This document shows, piece by piece, positions 1-10,205 of a stretch of DNA of 64,000 nucleotides. The stretch is taken from positions 1,664,001 to 1,728,000 of the forward strand of contig CBDANF010000003.1 of assembly GCA_965197475.1 (NCBI GenBank), in the 5' to 3' direction. Position 1 is the first letter of the stretch. Each line of letters opens with the position of its first letter. Under the pieces are notes generated by a model. It saw nothing but the letters and a program-made list of their open reading frames with translations. It searched no databases and was not told where the DNA came from. A program made the translations under genes and the position numbers. Origin of the DNA: Candidatus Poribacteria bacterium (lineage in GTDB: Bacteria > Poribacteria > WGA-4E > WGA-3G).

Positions 1-655
1 ATTTGTGTTGATGATAGCTTGTTTTGTTATCAGCACGAGCGACATGGCACAGGCGGAGGAAGTCTTGGGAACAGGAACGGCGGCACTGCTCGGAGGAGAC
101 CTAACCGACCCAGAAGACGATGGTGCTCCTGATTCAGATGACGGTTACAACGCCATTTTCTCAGCCAACGAAGAACCCGGATTCGGGGGTGGGGAATTTG
201 CGTTTAACGTCTTCGATAACATCCTTGGCGGCGGCAATGCCAAATGGTGCTGAGGACGTGGAGGCGGCTTTCCGGAGGAAGGCCTACACGTGACAGCTGA
301 GTTTGAGGAGCCGTACGCATTGACACACTTTACCGTATCTTCAGCGAACGATGTTCCTGCAAGGGACCCTACAGTATGGGAGGTTCAGGGGTCGAACGAC
401 GGCGAAGAGTTTACGACCATCTTTTCTCACGACGGGGCTAGCTTTTGGGATCAGCGACTGCAAGTCGTCCTTTTTGAGGCAGGGGAAGATTACGACGATC
501 AAAAAATCGGGTATCTGTTTTTTCGGCATGTTACTTTTGCCACCGGGGGGGGCTTTCAAATTGGCGAAATTGAGTACTTCGGCGATGATAGTTATGCCGT
601 AGACCCTAAAGCCAAGCTTACAACCACATGGGGAAGCATCAAAAACGTCCGATAA
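1..655 (+). CDS. Secreted discoidin/F5-8C-like protein, 5'-truncated by the window edge, with in-frame TGA at 251-253 (candidate selenocysteine, otherwise a nonsense pseudogene)
   Basis: ORFs 5..253 and 290..655 are in the same frame. Read through the TGA, the protein is collinear with the paralog at 1560..2243 (KWC*GRGGGFPEEGLHVTAE vs KWCCGRGGGIPEEGLHVTAE). Ends in the VDPKAKLTTTWGSIK motif. Confidence 0.8.
254..291 (+). promoter_or_regulatory. Candidate bacterial SECIS hairpin directly 3' of the UGA
   Basis: Lower stem ACGTG(256-260)/CACGT(287-291). Upper stem GGCTTTCC(266-273)/GGAAGGCC(277-284). G-starting apical loop GGA begins 20 nt after the UGA. Confidence 0.55.
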
Positions 656-724
656 GTGAAGTGCCATCGATTTTTTAGACCAGAATTTCGTAAAGTTAAG
701 ATCAAGTGTTCTTTCTCAAATTCA

Positions 725-1217
725 ATAGGTGTCAAATAGCCTAACGCTGAGCCCTGATCCCGCCGACTGGGGCTAAAGAGTATGTCTTACACCGTTTTCT
801 GGACACATTCCGCACCGCTGGGGTTGCTACCATTACAAATTAGCACCGTTTTGCTAATACCACACACTAAATTGACGCTTATGGTGTGATTAGGAAACCG
901 CACCATAGGTGTCAATTTAAGGAATTGAACCAGTTTTTGTGAATGTTTATAGCCCCAGAGGGCGAAAGGTGTATAGACACGCGACTCTACCAAACTCAAG
1001 CCCCAGCGGTGGCAGCATGCGCGTGTGGCATGCTGCATGAGGTGTCCATGTTGTGTGTGATACACCTGTCGCCCCTCCGGGGCTAAAGAGTATGTCTAAC
1101 ACCGTTTTCTGGACACATTCCGCACCGCTGGGGTTGCTACCATTACAAATTAGCACCGTTTTGCTAATACCACACACTAAATTGACGCTTATGGTGTGAT
1201 TAGGAAACCGCACCTAC
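725..1217. repeat. Composite REP/MITE-like repeat cluster containing a 136-bp direct repeat (769-904 / 1079-1214)
   Basis: Direct repeat has one mismatch. Inverted ends CCATAGGTGTCAATTTA (903-919) / TAAATTGACGCTTATGG (868-884 and 1178-1194). Internal modules are shared with the MITEs at 26896 and 59828. Confidence 0.85.
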
Positions 1218-1559
1218 CGGTAAGGAGAAAATAAGAATTACCAAAAGAATAAGTTAATCTTCATATAAGGGGCAGGGGGTTGGAAATTTAGGGATTTCAA
1301 AACATAGTATACTGAAATTACTTACCGAGTCAACCACTAACTAACACAAGTCGTTATGATGATCTAATTCTTTGCGTTGTTTTCTATATTTTTTAAAAAT
1401 AATATTGAATTTTTTATGATAATATGAAATAATATGTTATTATGGAACACAGATTAGTAAAGATTGGTATGGTAAATGAGTGCAGTTTATTCAAACTCAC
1501 GTAACTTAACACGAAACTCACGTAAAAGTGAGATTCATTTCTTTAGGAGGTTTAACGGC

Positions 1560-2243
1560 ATGAAAAATATGTTGGTATTAGCAGGAATTGTGTTGATGAT
1601 AGCCTGTTTTGTTATCAGCACGAGCGACATGGCACAGGCGGAGGAAGTCTTGGGAACAGGAACAGCAGCACTGCTCGGAGGAGACCTAACCGACCCAGAA
1701 GACGATGGTGCTCCTGATTCAGATGAAGGTTACAACGCCATTTTCTCAGCCAACGAAGAACCCGGATTCGGGGGCGGGGAATTTGCGTTTAACGTCTTTG
1801 ATAACATCCTTGGCGGCGGCAATGCCAAATGGTGCTGCGGACGTGGGGGCGGCATTCCGGAGGAAGGTCTACACGTGACAGCTGAGTTTGAGGAGGTGTA
1901 CGGATTGACACACTTCACCGTATCTTCAGCGAACGATGCTGCTGGGAGGGACCCTACAGTGTGGGAGGTTCAGGGGTCGAACGACGGCGAAGAGTTTACG
2001 ACCATCTTTTCTCACGACGGGGCTAGCGTTTGGGATCAGCGACTGCAAGTCATCCGTTTTGATGCAGGGGAAGATTTCGACGTGCAAACCACCGGGTATC
2101 GGTTTTTTCGGCATGTTACTTTTGCCACCGCGGGGGGCTTTCAAATTGGCGAAATTGAGTACTTCGGCGATGATAGTTTTGTCGTAGTAGACCCTAAAGC
2201 CAAGCTCACAACCACATGGGGAAGCATCAAAAACGTCCGATAA
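1560..2243 (+). CDS. Secreted discoidin/F5-8C-like protein (Cys-containing paralog)
   Basis: AGGAGG RBS at 1545-1550 before ATG 1560. Signal peptide, then FDN...KWCC, HFTVSSAND..RDPTVWEVQGSNDG and FQIGEIEYFG motifs, then the C-terminal TTWGSIK motif. Confidence 0.85.
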   Translation: MKNMLVLAGIVLMIACFVISTSDMAQAEEVLGTGTAALLGGDLTDPEDDGAPDSDEGYNAIFSANEEPGFGGGEFAFNVFDNILGGGNAKWCCGRGGGIPEEGLHVTAEFEEVYGLTHFTVSSANDAAGRDPTVWEVQGSNDGEEFTTIFSHDGASVWDQRLQVIRFDAGEDFDVQTTGYRFFRHVTFATAGGFQIGEIEYFGDDSFVVVDPKAKLTTTWGSIKNVR

Positions 2244-2581
2244 GCGCAAATATCGGACATTTTCTAAATCGGCTTGAATCCAGTAATAACTGGGTTTGAG
2301 CCGTTTTTCATATCCGCTTGAAACCGTATGGACTATACTGGGGAGGACCTTTTCGATTATGAACCGCGAAAATCTTCATGCTCATATTGATTATGAGCTT
2401 ATAACAGCGGTTCATCTTGGCGCAAATGCCAGCAAGAAAGCGAAGTCAACAACGAATGCAACGATCGTGAGTCGTGCCGCTGTGGGTAACCTACTCTAAT
2501 ATAGCAAAATAAGCCAAACCTGTCCAAAATGTTTTTACGTTTTTTAGCATTTGATTGTCTCCGATAAGAAGATCATATCCA

Positions 2582-2794
2582 CTATTTTTTCTCTGTAGGA
2601 ATTATAGATGTAATCGTCCATGGAATCTTTTTATAGATATAGGTTGATAACCAGGAGAAGTAAACTATTGTTACAATAGTGGCCGCAATGGTAGTAGTGC
2701 TTCCCTCAAAAAGACGAAAGACCTCAATAAGAATACCAAAAATACTGAAAGCAACAAACCAATAAACATATTTCCATTTTCGGGATATAGACAT
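2582..2794 (-). CDS. Small two-TM membrane protein, paralog of the N-terminus of 2836..3291
   Basis: Hydrophobic ORF. WKYVYWF...TTIAATIVTI...STYI aligns with WRYVFWF...TTAAIVVTI...ATYI in the neighbour. Confidence 0.6.
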   Translation of the reverse strand: MSISRKWKYVYWFVAFSIFGILIEVFRLFEGSTTTIAATIVTIVYFSWLSTYIYKKIPWTITSIIPTEKK

Positions 2795-2835
2795 ATTACA
2801 TACTCCATTAAACGAATGAGGAACTGTAGTATTAT

Positions 2836-3291
2836 CTAATAAGTTCCTGTTATTTCTGTACTACATACGCGATATAGTATTCCACCTGGCTGCGAACGCC
2901 TAATTTGGTTATGTTTTACTTTGTCCATATGACATTGATAGACATTTTTACTGCAGCCTCTGGTTTCCTCGTCTCCTTTGCATGTATACATGAATCTATG
3001 TCCCCTGCTCGCCAAACTAGATAGATAACGCGATGTCTCGCCACATTGCAAACATTTCCACTTATTTCCCGCTATACGAACTATGTTCCATATACCCCAT
3101 TGCACTTTCCCTTCAATATAAGTCGCGATTCCCGAAACACTGAGTATTGTTACAACAATCGCTGCGGTAGTTGCGATGGGTTCATCAGCAAAAGTTAGGT
3201 AGGTTTTAATGATTTTAATGAGAAAAGCATAAAGTCCGAAAACGGCAAACCAGAAAACATATCGCCATCCAGGATGTATCATAATAGACAT
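2836..3291 (-). CDS. Membrane protein with Cys/His-rich (zinc-ribbon-like) C-terminal domain
   Basis: Two TM helices, then CLQC...C...C...CH...C. Start placed at MSIMIHP by similarity to the neighbouring paralog. Confidence 0.6.
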   Translation of the reverse strand: MSIMIHPGWRYVFWFAVFGLYAFLIKIIKTYLTFADEPIATTAAIVVTILSVSGIATYIEGKVQWGIWNIVRIAGNKWKCLQCGETSRYLSSLASRGHRFMYTCKGDEETRGCSKNVYQCHMDKVKHNQIRRSQPGGILYRVCSTEITGTY

Positions 3292-3507
3292 ATAAGACCC
3301 CATTATGTCAGTAGGACAGTTCCGGAACTGTGTTGACATCCGAAACTGCCCAGACAAGTTACCTTGTTGTGGATTAATCAACTAATTACGCCCAACATCG
3401 CTACCAATACTGTCCGTAGTAATAGCCACCATCATTACAACCACGCTAAATGTCAAACTTTTTTCTAAAAATTCGCAAAATTTTATGGTATTTATACCAT
3501 TTTTAGA

Positions 3508-3538
3508 AATTATATACGGAATTCCCTGGTTTTGTCAA
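3508..3538 (-). promoter_or_regulatory. Sigma70-like promoter for the 2582-3291 genes
   Basis: TTGACA and TATAAT about 18 nt apart on the minus strand. Confidence 0.45.
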
Positions 3539-3630
3539 GTTTTTTTGAAGAAAAAAATTATTGTTTTCGGAATTATTTTGAATTTCAGCGCAAATTTATA
3601 TTTTTACGGTGGTTTGAAACAATTCATACA

Positions 3631-4272
3631 TCATGGCGATAACCTTTCGATTTCCCAATCGCCACTCTCTTTCAAAGTATAACGGATTCTATCGTGAAGA
3701 CGGCTTGGACATCCTTGCCAAAATTCAAGCATATTTGGAATAAGTCTGTAGCCTCCCCAGTGTGACGGGCGCGGAATGCCAATGTCTGAATACTTTTGTT
3801 CTGCTTTTTTGAAGTTTGTTGTCAGATGTTCTCGCCCAGAAATAACAACGCTTTGCCGTTCTGCCCATACAGCGAGTCGACTGTCAATTGGACGGTTGGC
3901 GAAATATGCATCCGATTCAGCGGCTGTCATCTTTTCAACCGTGCCGTTGCTTCTCACCTGACGATCAAGTTCTCGCCAATAGAATACAAGCGCGGCATGC
4001 GGGTTCTCTGCCAATTCCTTCCCTTTTTGGCTGTCATAGTCTGTATAGAAACAGAAGCCGTTTGCGTCAAAACCTCTAAGGACAACCATGCGGGCAGAGG
4101 GGATACCGTCTGGTGTTGCGGTCGCTAAAGTCATTGCGTCTGGCAGATCAATCCCTGCTTCTATTGTCTCGTTAAACCATTTTTTAAACTGTTCAAAAGG
4201 ATTTTTAGCAGCACTGATTTCGGTTAATTCGCCATGTGCTTGATATTCCCTGCGGAGTTTGTTAGCGTTCAT
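3631..4272 (-). CDS. pdxH: Pyridoxamine 5'-phosphate oxidase
   Basis: AMTLAT..PSARMVVL, RPSHWGGY and EFWQG...RLHDR motifs. Confidence 0.95.
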   Translation of the reverse strand: MNANKLRREYQAHGELTEISAAKNPFEQFKKWFNETIEAGIDLPDAMTLATATPDGIPSARMVVLRGFDANGFCFYTDYDSQKGKELAENPHAALVFYWRELDRQVRSNGTVEKMTAAESDAYFANRPIDSRLAVWAERQSVVISGREHLTTNFKKAEQKYSDIGIPRPSHWGGYRLIPNMLEFWQGCPSRLHDRIRYTLKESGDWEIERLSP

Positions 4273-4273
4273 T

Positions 4274-5782
4274 TTATTTCTTCCAGAAATTTGGTGAAAA
4301 AAGAATAAGCACGGTATAGATTTCTAAACGTCCTAATAACATGCAGAAAGACAAAATAAATTTACCAGCAGTAGTGATATGTGCATAATTATCAATCGGC
4401 CCTACGTCACCGAGTCCGGGACCGATGTTACCCATCGATGCTATTGTGCAGCTGGCAGCAGTAATTAAATCTAATCCCAAGGTTGCCATGATACACGTCA
4501 CAATCGCAAATATGCCGATAAAAAAGAAGAAAAAACCAAGGACATGTGTAAGTACTTCAGGGGGTACAACTCTGTCATTAACGCGTACGGGAAGGACAGC
4601 GTGTGGAAAGATAAGTCGTTTAATTTCTGCCCCACTCTGCCTGATAAGAAGTAGGAAGCGAAGCTGCTTCATTCCGCCACCTGTTGATCCAGCGCACCCA
4701 CCATAAAACATGAGCGTTACTAAAACGAATTGGGATAAGTAGGGCCACATTTCAAAATTAGCAGTGCCATAGCCTGTTGTTGTAGTTATAGACACAACTT
4801 GAAATGCGGCATAACGAATGGAATCCCACACGGAATCATAGGGAATCAGTCCATCCTTGTTTTGAAATCGAACAATGTTCCAAGAAACGAGAAAAATGCT
4901 CAAAAGAATCACGATACAATAGAATCGGAATTCGGTGTCTTTGATGTAACTTTTGACATCACCTCGAAGGGCGCGATAGTGCAAGGCAAAATTAGTTCCT
5001 GCGAGGAACATAAAAACAATGATAACAACTTCAATATAAACACTATTGTAATCTGCGATGCTACCATTTTTGGTTGAAAATCCGCCAGTTGCCATTGTCC
5101 CAAAGGTATGACAGAGCGCGTCAAAAAGAGTCATGTCGCCAAGCCAAAGCAGCAATGTTTCAAGGACTGAGAGCAGGATGTAAACACCCCAGAGGAGTTT
5201 TGCTGTTTGTGCAATACGTGGTGTAAGTCTATCTGTTTGTGGACCTGGTGCCTCCGCACGAAACAGCTGCATTCCGCCAACACCGAGCATTGGGAGTATT
5301 GCTACAGCAAGCACAACAATCCCCATACCGCCAAGCCAGTGGCTGAAGCTGCGCCAAAACAGCATTGCATGCGAAAGATGTTCAATCTCTGTCAGTACTG
5401 TAGCACCGGTTGTTGAAAAACCGGACATAGATTCAAAATAGCAGAAGGAAAATTCTGCCCAAGAAGTGCGCCCTTCTGCAGAGAAAATCCCTGCGAAAAG
5501 ATAAGGAAACGACCCAAAGAGGGCGACAATCACCCAACCTAAAGCAACAACCGCGAAACCTTCACGTATGCCGAGTTCCGGTTCTGCCGGTTGAATAGTG
5601 AAGCGGAGAATTAAGCCGACACATAGGGTTATAACGGTAGCGTAAACGAACGCCAGCATATCGTCTTTCGGTTCGCCTGCGCTTACAAAATAATAGATAC
5701 CTATGCACAACGGCAATAACATTGTGCCAGCGAGACAAATTAATAGGTTGCCAAGTGTGTGAAAAATGAGTTTTCGACTCAT
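4274..5782 (-). CDS. trkH: Trk potassium uptake membrane protein
   Basis: FESMSGFSTTG, ATGGFS, TTTGY and GGCAGSTGGG pore loops; LLGRLEIY. Confidence 0.95.
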   Translation of the reverse strand: MSRKLIFHTLGNLLICLAGTMLLPLCIGIYYFVSAGEPKDDMLAFVYATVITLCVGLILRFTIQPAEPELGIREGFAVVALGWVIVALFGSFPYLFAGIFSAEGRTSWAEFSFCYFESMSGFSTTGATVLTEIEHLSHAMLFWRSFSHWLGGMGIVVLAVAILPMLGVGGMQLFRAEAPGPQTDRLTPRIAQTAKLLWGVYILLSVLETLLLWLGDMTLFDALCHTFGTMATGGFSTKNGSIADYNSVYIEVVIIVFMFLAGTNFALHYRALRGDVKSYIKDTEFRFYCIVILLSIFLVSWNIVRFQNKDGLIPYDSVWDSIRYAAFQVVSITTTTGYGTANFEMWPYLSQFVLVTLMFYGGCAGSTGGGMKQLRFLLLIRQSGAEIKRLIFPHAVLPVRVNDRVVPPEVLTHVLGFFFFFIGIFAIVTCIMATLGLDLITAASCTIASMGNIGPGLGDVGPIDNYAHITTAGKFILSFCMLLGRLEIYTVLILFSPNFWKK

Positions 5783-5837
5783 AGTTTTCTATGGTGATCA
5801 GTTATAGTGAACTTGTAATTATTGAAAACTATTGACA

Positions 5838-5860
5838 GCGCGCTTACAAAGCGCGCCTAC
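5838..5860 (-). repeat. GTAG-type REP palindrome
   Basis: Reverse complement GTAGGCGCGCTTTGTAAGCGCGC. Near-identical copy at 27254-27276. Confidence 0.7.
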
Positions 5861-5893
5861 AGGTGGGTGTCTACTTATTTGAACTTTATTCAG

Positions 5894-7267
5894 TTAGACT
5901 CTCCGAGCTGCAAACATATCTTCCACAATTGGTATTGCATCTGGCATACTGAAGACAATAACGCGATCAGCAGGTTGAATGGCGGTTTCACCGTGTGGAA
6001 TAATAAGGTTTTCGCGACGGAGTATTGCCCCGATAAATGCGTTGTCAGGAAATTTGGTTTTCAACGAACCGAGTTCTTTGTGTGCAATTTTCGCGTTTAC
6101 ACCTGTGATGATCTCAATGACTTCTGCGTCAATTTCATGCAGTGAAGCAACTGAGACGATATTTCCTCGACGAATCAGACGCAATAGGTTGCTGACAACG
6201 GTCAAGTGTCTACTGACTGCGCCATCCAAACGGGGAATCCGAGCCAACAACGGAAGATATCGCGGTTGTTGAATTAAAGCGAGGGCACGTTGCGCTCCGT
6301 GTTCCTTAGCGGTCATGCATGCCATAATATCGTTTTCATCATCGCCAGTTACCGAAACAAATCCGTTAACGTCCTCTACGCCAGCTTCTTCTAACAATTG
6401 GAATTGAAGGTAATTTCCACGCAGAACGGTTGTCCGTTTTAAGGTCTGCGATGCGAGTTCTGCCATTTTCTCATCTGACTCAATGAGCTTTACATCAGTG
6501 CCATTTCCCTCAAGAACGCGTGCAAGCTCAATACCGATAGCACTTGCCCCAACAATTAAAACACGGTTAAGATGTCTGTTGAAAATTATGCCGAAAAGCC
6601 GGAACAGCTGCTCAATAGCCAATGCGCTTCCGATGACGAAGACATCATCACCCTGTTTGAGGATATCATCACCTCTCGGAATAATAACGTTTTGTTGACC
6701 GCGCCTTTTGATCGCTGCAAATCGGATATCGGAGATAACACCTTTCGTATCCAATTCAGCAAGAGATTTTCCTATGAAAGGATTCCGCTGTTTTATTCGG
6801 AAAGCAGCAAGCTGAATCCTGCCATCTTCAAATTCAACAATTTCTCGAGCTTCGGGGGTTTTCAAGAGACGGGTAAATTCCTCAACGCACAAATGCTCAG
6901 GATTAACAAGGAGGTCTATCCCGAAGTCTTTCGGTGTCAATCCACTTTCATCGGAGAAATAATCTGGATTTGAAACGCGTGCGATTTTAGTTTCAACCTC
7001 GTACCGATCTGCAATTTGACATGCGAGCATGTTGATCTCATCGCTGTTGGTGACAGCAATGATGATTTCGGCATCACTGATACCCGCATCTTTGAGCAGT
7101 ACCGGTGATGCACCTGACCCGCAGAGGGTTTGCAAATCTAACTGTTCGTTGACGCGTTGACACGCTTCTTCGGACTCATCAATTAAGACAACATCGTTAT
7201 CATCAACAGTTAGCAATTTGGCTGTATGAAATCCGACTTCACCTGCGCCTATGATGATTGCTTTCAT
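5894..7267 (-). CDS. trkA: Trk potassium uptake NAD-binding subunit
   Basis: Two RCK_N/RCK_C pairs; IIGAGEVG; AVTNSDEINMLAC. Confidence 0.95.
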   Translation of the reverse strand: MKAIIIGAGEVGFHTAKLLTVDDNDVVLIDESEEACQRVNEQLDLQTLCGSGASPVLLKDAGISDAEIIIAVTNSDEINMLACQIADRYEVETKIARVSNPDYFSDESGLTPKDFGIDLLVNPEHLCVEEFTRLLKTPEAREIVEFEDGRIQLAAFRIKQRNPFIGKSLAELDTKGVISDIRFAAIKRRGQQNVIIPRGDDILKQGDDVFVIGSALAIEQLFRLFGIIFNRHLNRVLIVGASAIGIELARVLEGNGTDVKLIESDEKMAELASQTLKRTTVLRGNYLQFQLLEEAGVEDVNGFVSVTGDDENDIMACMTAKEHGAQRALALIQQPRYLPLLARIPRLDGAVSRHLTVVSNLLRLIRRGNIVSVASLHEIDAEVIEIITGVNAKIAHKELGSLKTKFPDNAFIGAILRRENLIIPHGETAIQPADRVIVFSMPDAIPIVEDMFAARRV

Positions 7268-7337
7268 TTGTTTATTAGTTTTTAGTTGTCGGTTATCAAT
7301 AAGAGTTCTTTTGTAACTAGATACGGATAACCTTTTG

Positions 7338-10205
7338 TTAGTATTGTGTTAGTGGTGGGCAGGAACATAAAAGATTTCTGTCTCCGTGGACTTCGTTAAT
7401 GCGTGCGACTGCAGGCCAAAACTTTGTTTGACGTACCCACGGTTTTGGAAATACTGCATTTTCACGTGAATAGGTGTGGTTCCAGTCAGTCTGTGTAACA
7501 GTTTCAACAGTATGCGGAGCATTCTTTAGTACATTGTCGTCCTTGTCGGTGTTCCCATTTTCAATTTCAGCTATCTCTTCGCGTATGGAGATGAGCGCGG
7601 AACAGAAACGATCTAATTCTGCTCTGGATTCGCTTTCGGTGGGTTCAATCATCATCGTTCCGGGAACAGGCCATGACACTGTTGGCGCGTGAAAGCCGTA
7701 ATCCATAAGACGTTTGGCAACATCCGTTACATCTATTCCGGCAGTCTTCTTAAAGTTGCGTAAATCAATAATGCATTCATGCGCGACCAACCCGTTTTTA
7801 CCTGTATAAAGCACAGGATAGTGGGGTTCCAGTTGTTTCGCGATATAATTGGCGTTAAGGATGGCGACTTCTGTTGCAGATTTTAGCCCTTCTGCCCCCA
7901 TCATAGCAATGTATGCCCAAGAAATTGGAAGAATCCCCGGACTTCCCCACGGTGCTGCGGATACAGGTCCAATTCCATCCTTCCCTCCGACTGTGACAAT
8001 CGGGTGTGTGGGTAAAAAATCGGTGAGGTGTGCCTTCACACCAATCGGTCCCATTCCTGGACCGCCACCACCGTGAGGTATACAGAATGTTTTATGTAAA
8101 TTGAGATGACAGACATCCGCGCCGAGGTCGGCTGGACGACTTAGTCCGACAAGTGCGTTGAGATTAGCACCGTCCATATATACCTGCCCGCCGTGTTGAT
8201 GAATAATATCACATATTTCACAGATATGTTCTTCAAACACACCGTGTGTTGAAGGATAGGTCACCATCGCAGCAGCAAGTGTTTCGCGATATGTCTCCGC
8301 TTTTTCCTTTAGATCAATGAGGTCAATGTTGCCTTCTGAGTCGCATGCAACGACAACGACTTGCATGCCTGCCATAACTGCGCTGGCAGGGTTCGTTCCG
8401 TGGGCAGATGTCGGAATTAAACAGACATTCCGATGTTCTTCGTTTCGGCTTTGGTGGTATTTTCGTATGACTAACAACCCAGCATATTCACCCTGTGAAC
8501 CGGCGTTCGGTTGCAGTGAAATTGCGCTATAGCCAGTTATCTCGGCAAGCCATGCTTCAAGTTGTTTGAAGAGGGTATGATAACCTTGTGCTTGGTCACT
8601 TGGAACAAAGGGATGTAACCCACCGAACGCTTGCCATGTGACAGGCACCATCTCTGCCGTAGCATTGAGTTTCATTGTGCAAGACCCCAACGGTATCATT
8701 GCGTTCACAAGAGAAAGGTCTTTAGCTTGCAGCCTGTGGATATACCTAAGCATCTCCGTTTCAGAATGATAACTATTGAAAACAGGATGTGTAAGGCATG
8801 GAGATTTTCGTAGCAAATCTGCTGGGATTTCTACATTTTGGGCATCGTGTCCGCCGGTCTTATTGACTGCAAAAAGTTGTATCAAATCTTCAACATCGGC
8901 ATGTGTGGTAGTTTCATCTAACGATATGCCAACATGCGTTGAATCAATAGCGCGAAGATTCATCTGTCTCTTAAGGGCAGAAGTAAGCAATTCTTGAGTC
9001 CTTTCTGGACCAACGTCAACAGATAGTGTATCAAAACAGGGAGAATCGCCTGTGTTATAACCGAGATTTTCCAGTTTAGCACGGAGGCTGTGGGTAAGCG
9101 AATGGACGCGTTCAGCAATTTGCTTAAGTCCTTTAGGTCCGTGATAGACAGCATACATTCCTGCCATAACAGCAAGGAGTACTTGTGCTGTGCAGATATT
9201 GCTCGTAGCTTTTTCACGGCGGATATGTTGCTCGCGCGTTTGAAGTGCTAATCGGATGGCGGGTTCACCATTTGCATCATGGGAAACGCCGGCAATCCGT
9301 CCGGGAATGTTACGTTTAAGTTCCTCGCGCGTGGAGAGGAAAGCAGCATGAGGACCTCCATAACCGAGCGGAACACCAAACCGTTGAGAGTTGCCGATGG
9401 CAATATCTGCTCCAAATTCACCTGGAGGTTTTAATAGCATCAGTGCTAATAGGTCTGTGGCTGCAACGAACAAACCTCCAGCGGCATACACTTGTTCAGC
9501 AAATTGACGGTAATCGTAGATCGCACCATCTGTCGCTGGATATTGCACGATTGCGCCTAAGATAGGTTTATCAAAATGCGTTTTCCTGTGGTCCCCGATG
9601 TACAATTTAATACCGAGGGGTTCGGCACGTGTTTGTAAAACAGCAATTGTTTGCGGATGACAGGTTTCTGAAACAAAAAAGTTGTACCAGTCCTTCGGCG
9701 TTGAATTTCCTATACACATTGTCATAGCTTCAGCGGCAGCTGTAGCCTCATCAAGCAGGGATGCGTTTGCAATAGGGAGGCCGGTCAAATCTATAACCAT
9801 TGTTTGGAAGTTTAGCAACGCTTCTAAGCGACCTTGTGAAATTTCGGCTTGGTAAGGGGTGTATTGGGTATACCAACCGGGGTTCTCCAAAATGTTTCGT
9901 TGAATAACCGGAGGGACAAAACAGTCATAATAACCCATTCCGATATAGGAACGGTAGACTTGATTTTGAGAGGCAAGTTGTTTTAAGGCATCAAGTGCTT
10001 CATATTCTGAAAGACCTTGTGAGTATGCGGTTTTCCCATCAATATCTAAACTGAACGGTGATGATAAACGAATGTCTGCTGGCACAACGTCTTCAATGAA
10101 ATCTGCCATTGAAGAATAGCCGAGCGTTTCCAGCATCTGTTCAATGTCTTCAGGACGAGGACCGATGTGCCGGTTCGCGAAGTTTATCTTTTCTGTTTCA
10201 AGCAT
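7338..10205 (-). CDS. gcvP: Glycine dehydrogenase (decarboxylating), P protein
   Basis: [22 protein letters not shown] and [18 protein letters not shown]. Start at MLETEK overlaps the gcvH end. Confidence 0.97.
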   Translation of the reverse strand: MLETEKINFANRHIGPRPEDIEQMLETLGYSSMADFIEDVVPADIRLSSPFSLDIDGKTAYSQGLSEYEALDALKQLASQNQVYRSYIGMGYYDCFVPPVIQRNILENPGWYTQYTPYQAEISQGRLEALLNFQTMVIDLTGLPIANASLLDEATAAAEAMTMCIGNSTPKDWYNFFVSETCHPQTIAVLQTRAEPLGIKLYIGDHRKTHFDKPILGAIVQYPATDGAIYDYRQFAEQVYAAGGLFVAATDLLALMLLKPPGEFGADIAIGNSQRFGVPLGYGGPHAAFLSTREELKRNIPGRIAGVSHDANGEPAIRLALQTREQHIRREKATSNICTAQVLLAVMAGMYAVYHGPKGLKQIAERVHSLTHSLRAKLENLGYNTGDSPCFDTLSVDVGPERTQELLTSALKRQMNLRAIDSTHVGISLDETTTHADVEDLIQLFAVNKTGGHDAQNVEIPADLLRKSPCLTHPVFNSYHSETEMLRYIHRLQAKDLSLVNAMIPLGSCTMKLNATAEMVPVTWQAFGGLHPFVPSDQAQGYHTLFKQLEAWLAEITGYSAISLQPNAGSQGEYAGLLVIRKYHQSRNEEHRNVCLIPTSAHGTNPASAVMAGMQVVVVACDSEGNIDLIDLKEKAETYRETLAAAMVTYPSTHGVFEEHICEICDIIHQHGGQVYMDGANLNALVGLSRPADLGADVCHLNLHKTFCIPHGGGGPGMGPIGVKAHLTDFLPTHPIVTVGGKDGIGPVSAAPWGSPGILPISWAYIAMMGAEGLKSATEVAILNANYIAKQLEPHYPVLYTGKNGLVAHECIIDLRNFKKTAGIDVTDVAKRLMDYGFHAPTVSWPVPGTMMIEPTESESRAELDRFCSALISIREEIAEIENGNTDKDDNVLKNAPHTVETVTQTDWNHTYSRENAVFPKPWVRQTKFWPAVARINEVHGDRNLLCSCPPLTQY

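Noticed and set aside
787-1213. ORFs 787..1065 and 947..1213, and similar ORFs at 26783-27176 and 59849-60199
   Set aside because: They are translations of non-coding repeat and MITE sequence; the shared peptides reflect the DNA repeats.
769-1214. Possible CRISPR array
   Set aside because: Only two 136-bp repeats, no regular repeat-spacer period and no cas genes.
1-2243. Paralog pair as a diversity-generating retroelement template/variable repeat
   Set aside because: Differences are not adenine-specific, both copies are full genes, and there is no reverse transcriptase in the window.
2421-2499. ANASKK...GNLL reading as a tmRNA tag
   Set aside because: No tRNA-like ends and no terminal AA-type degron.
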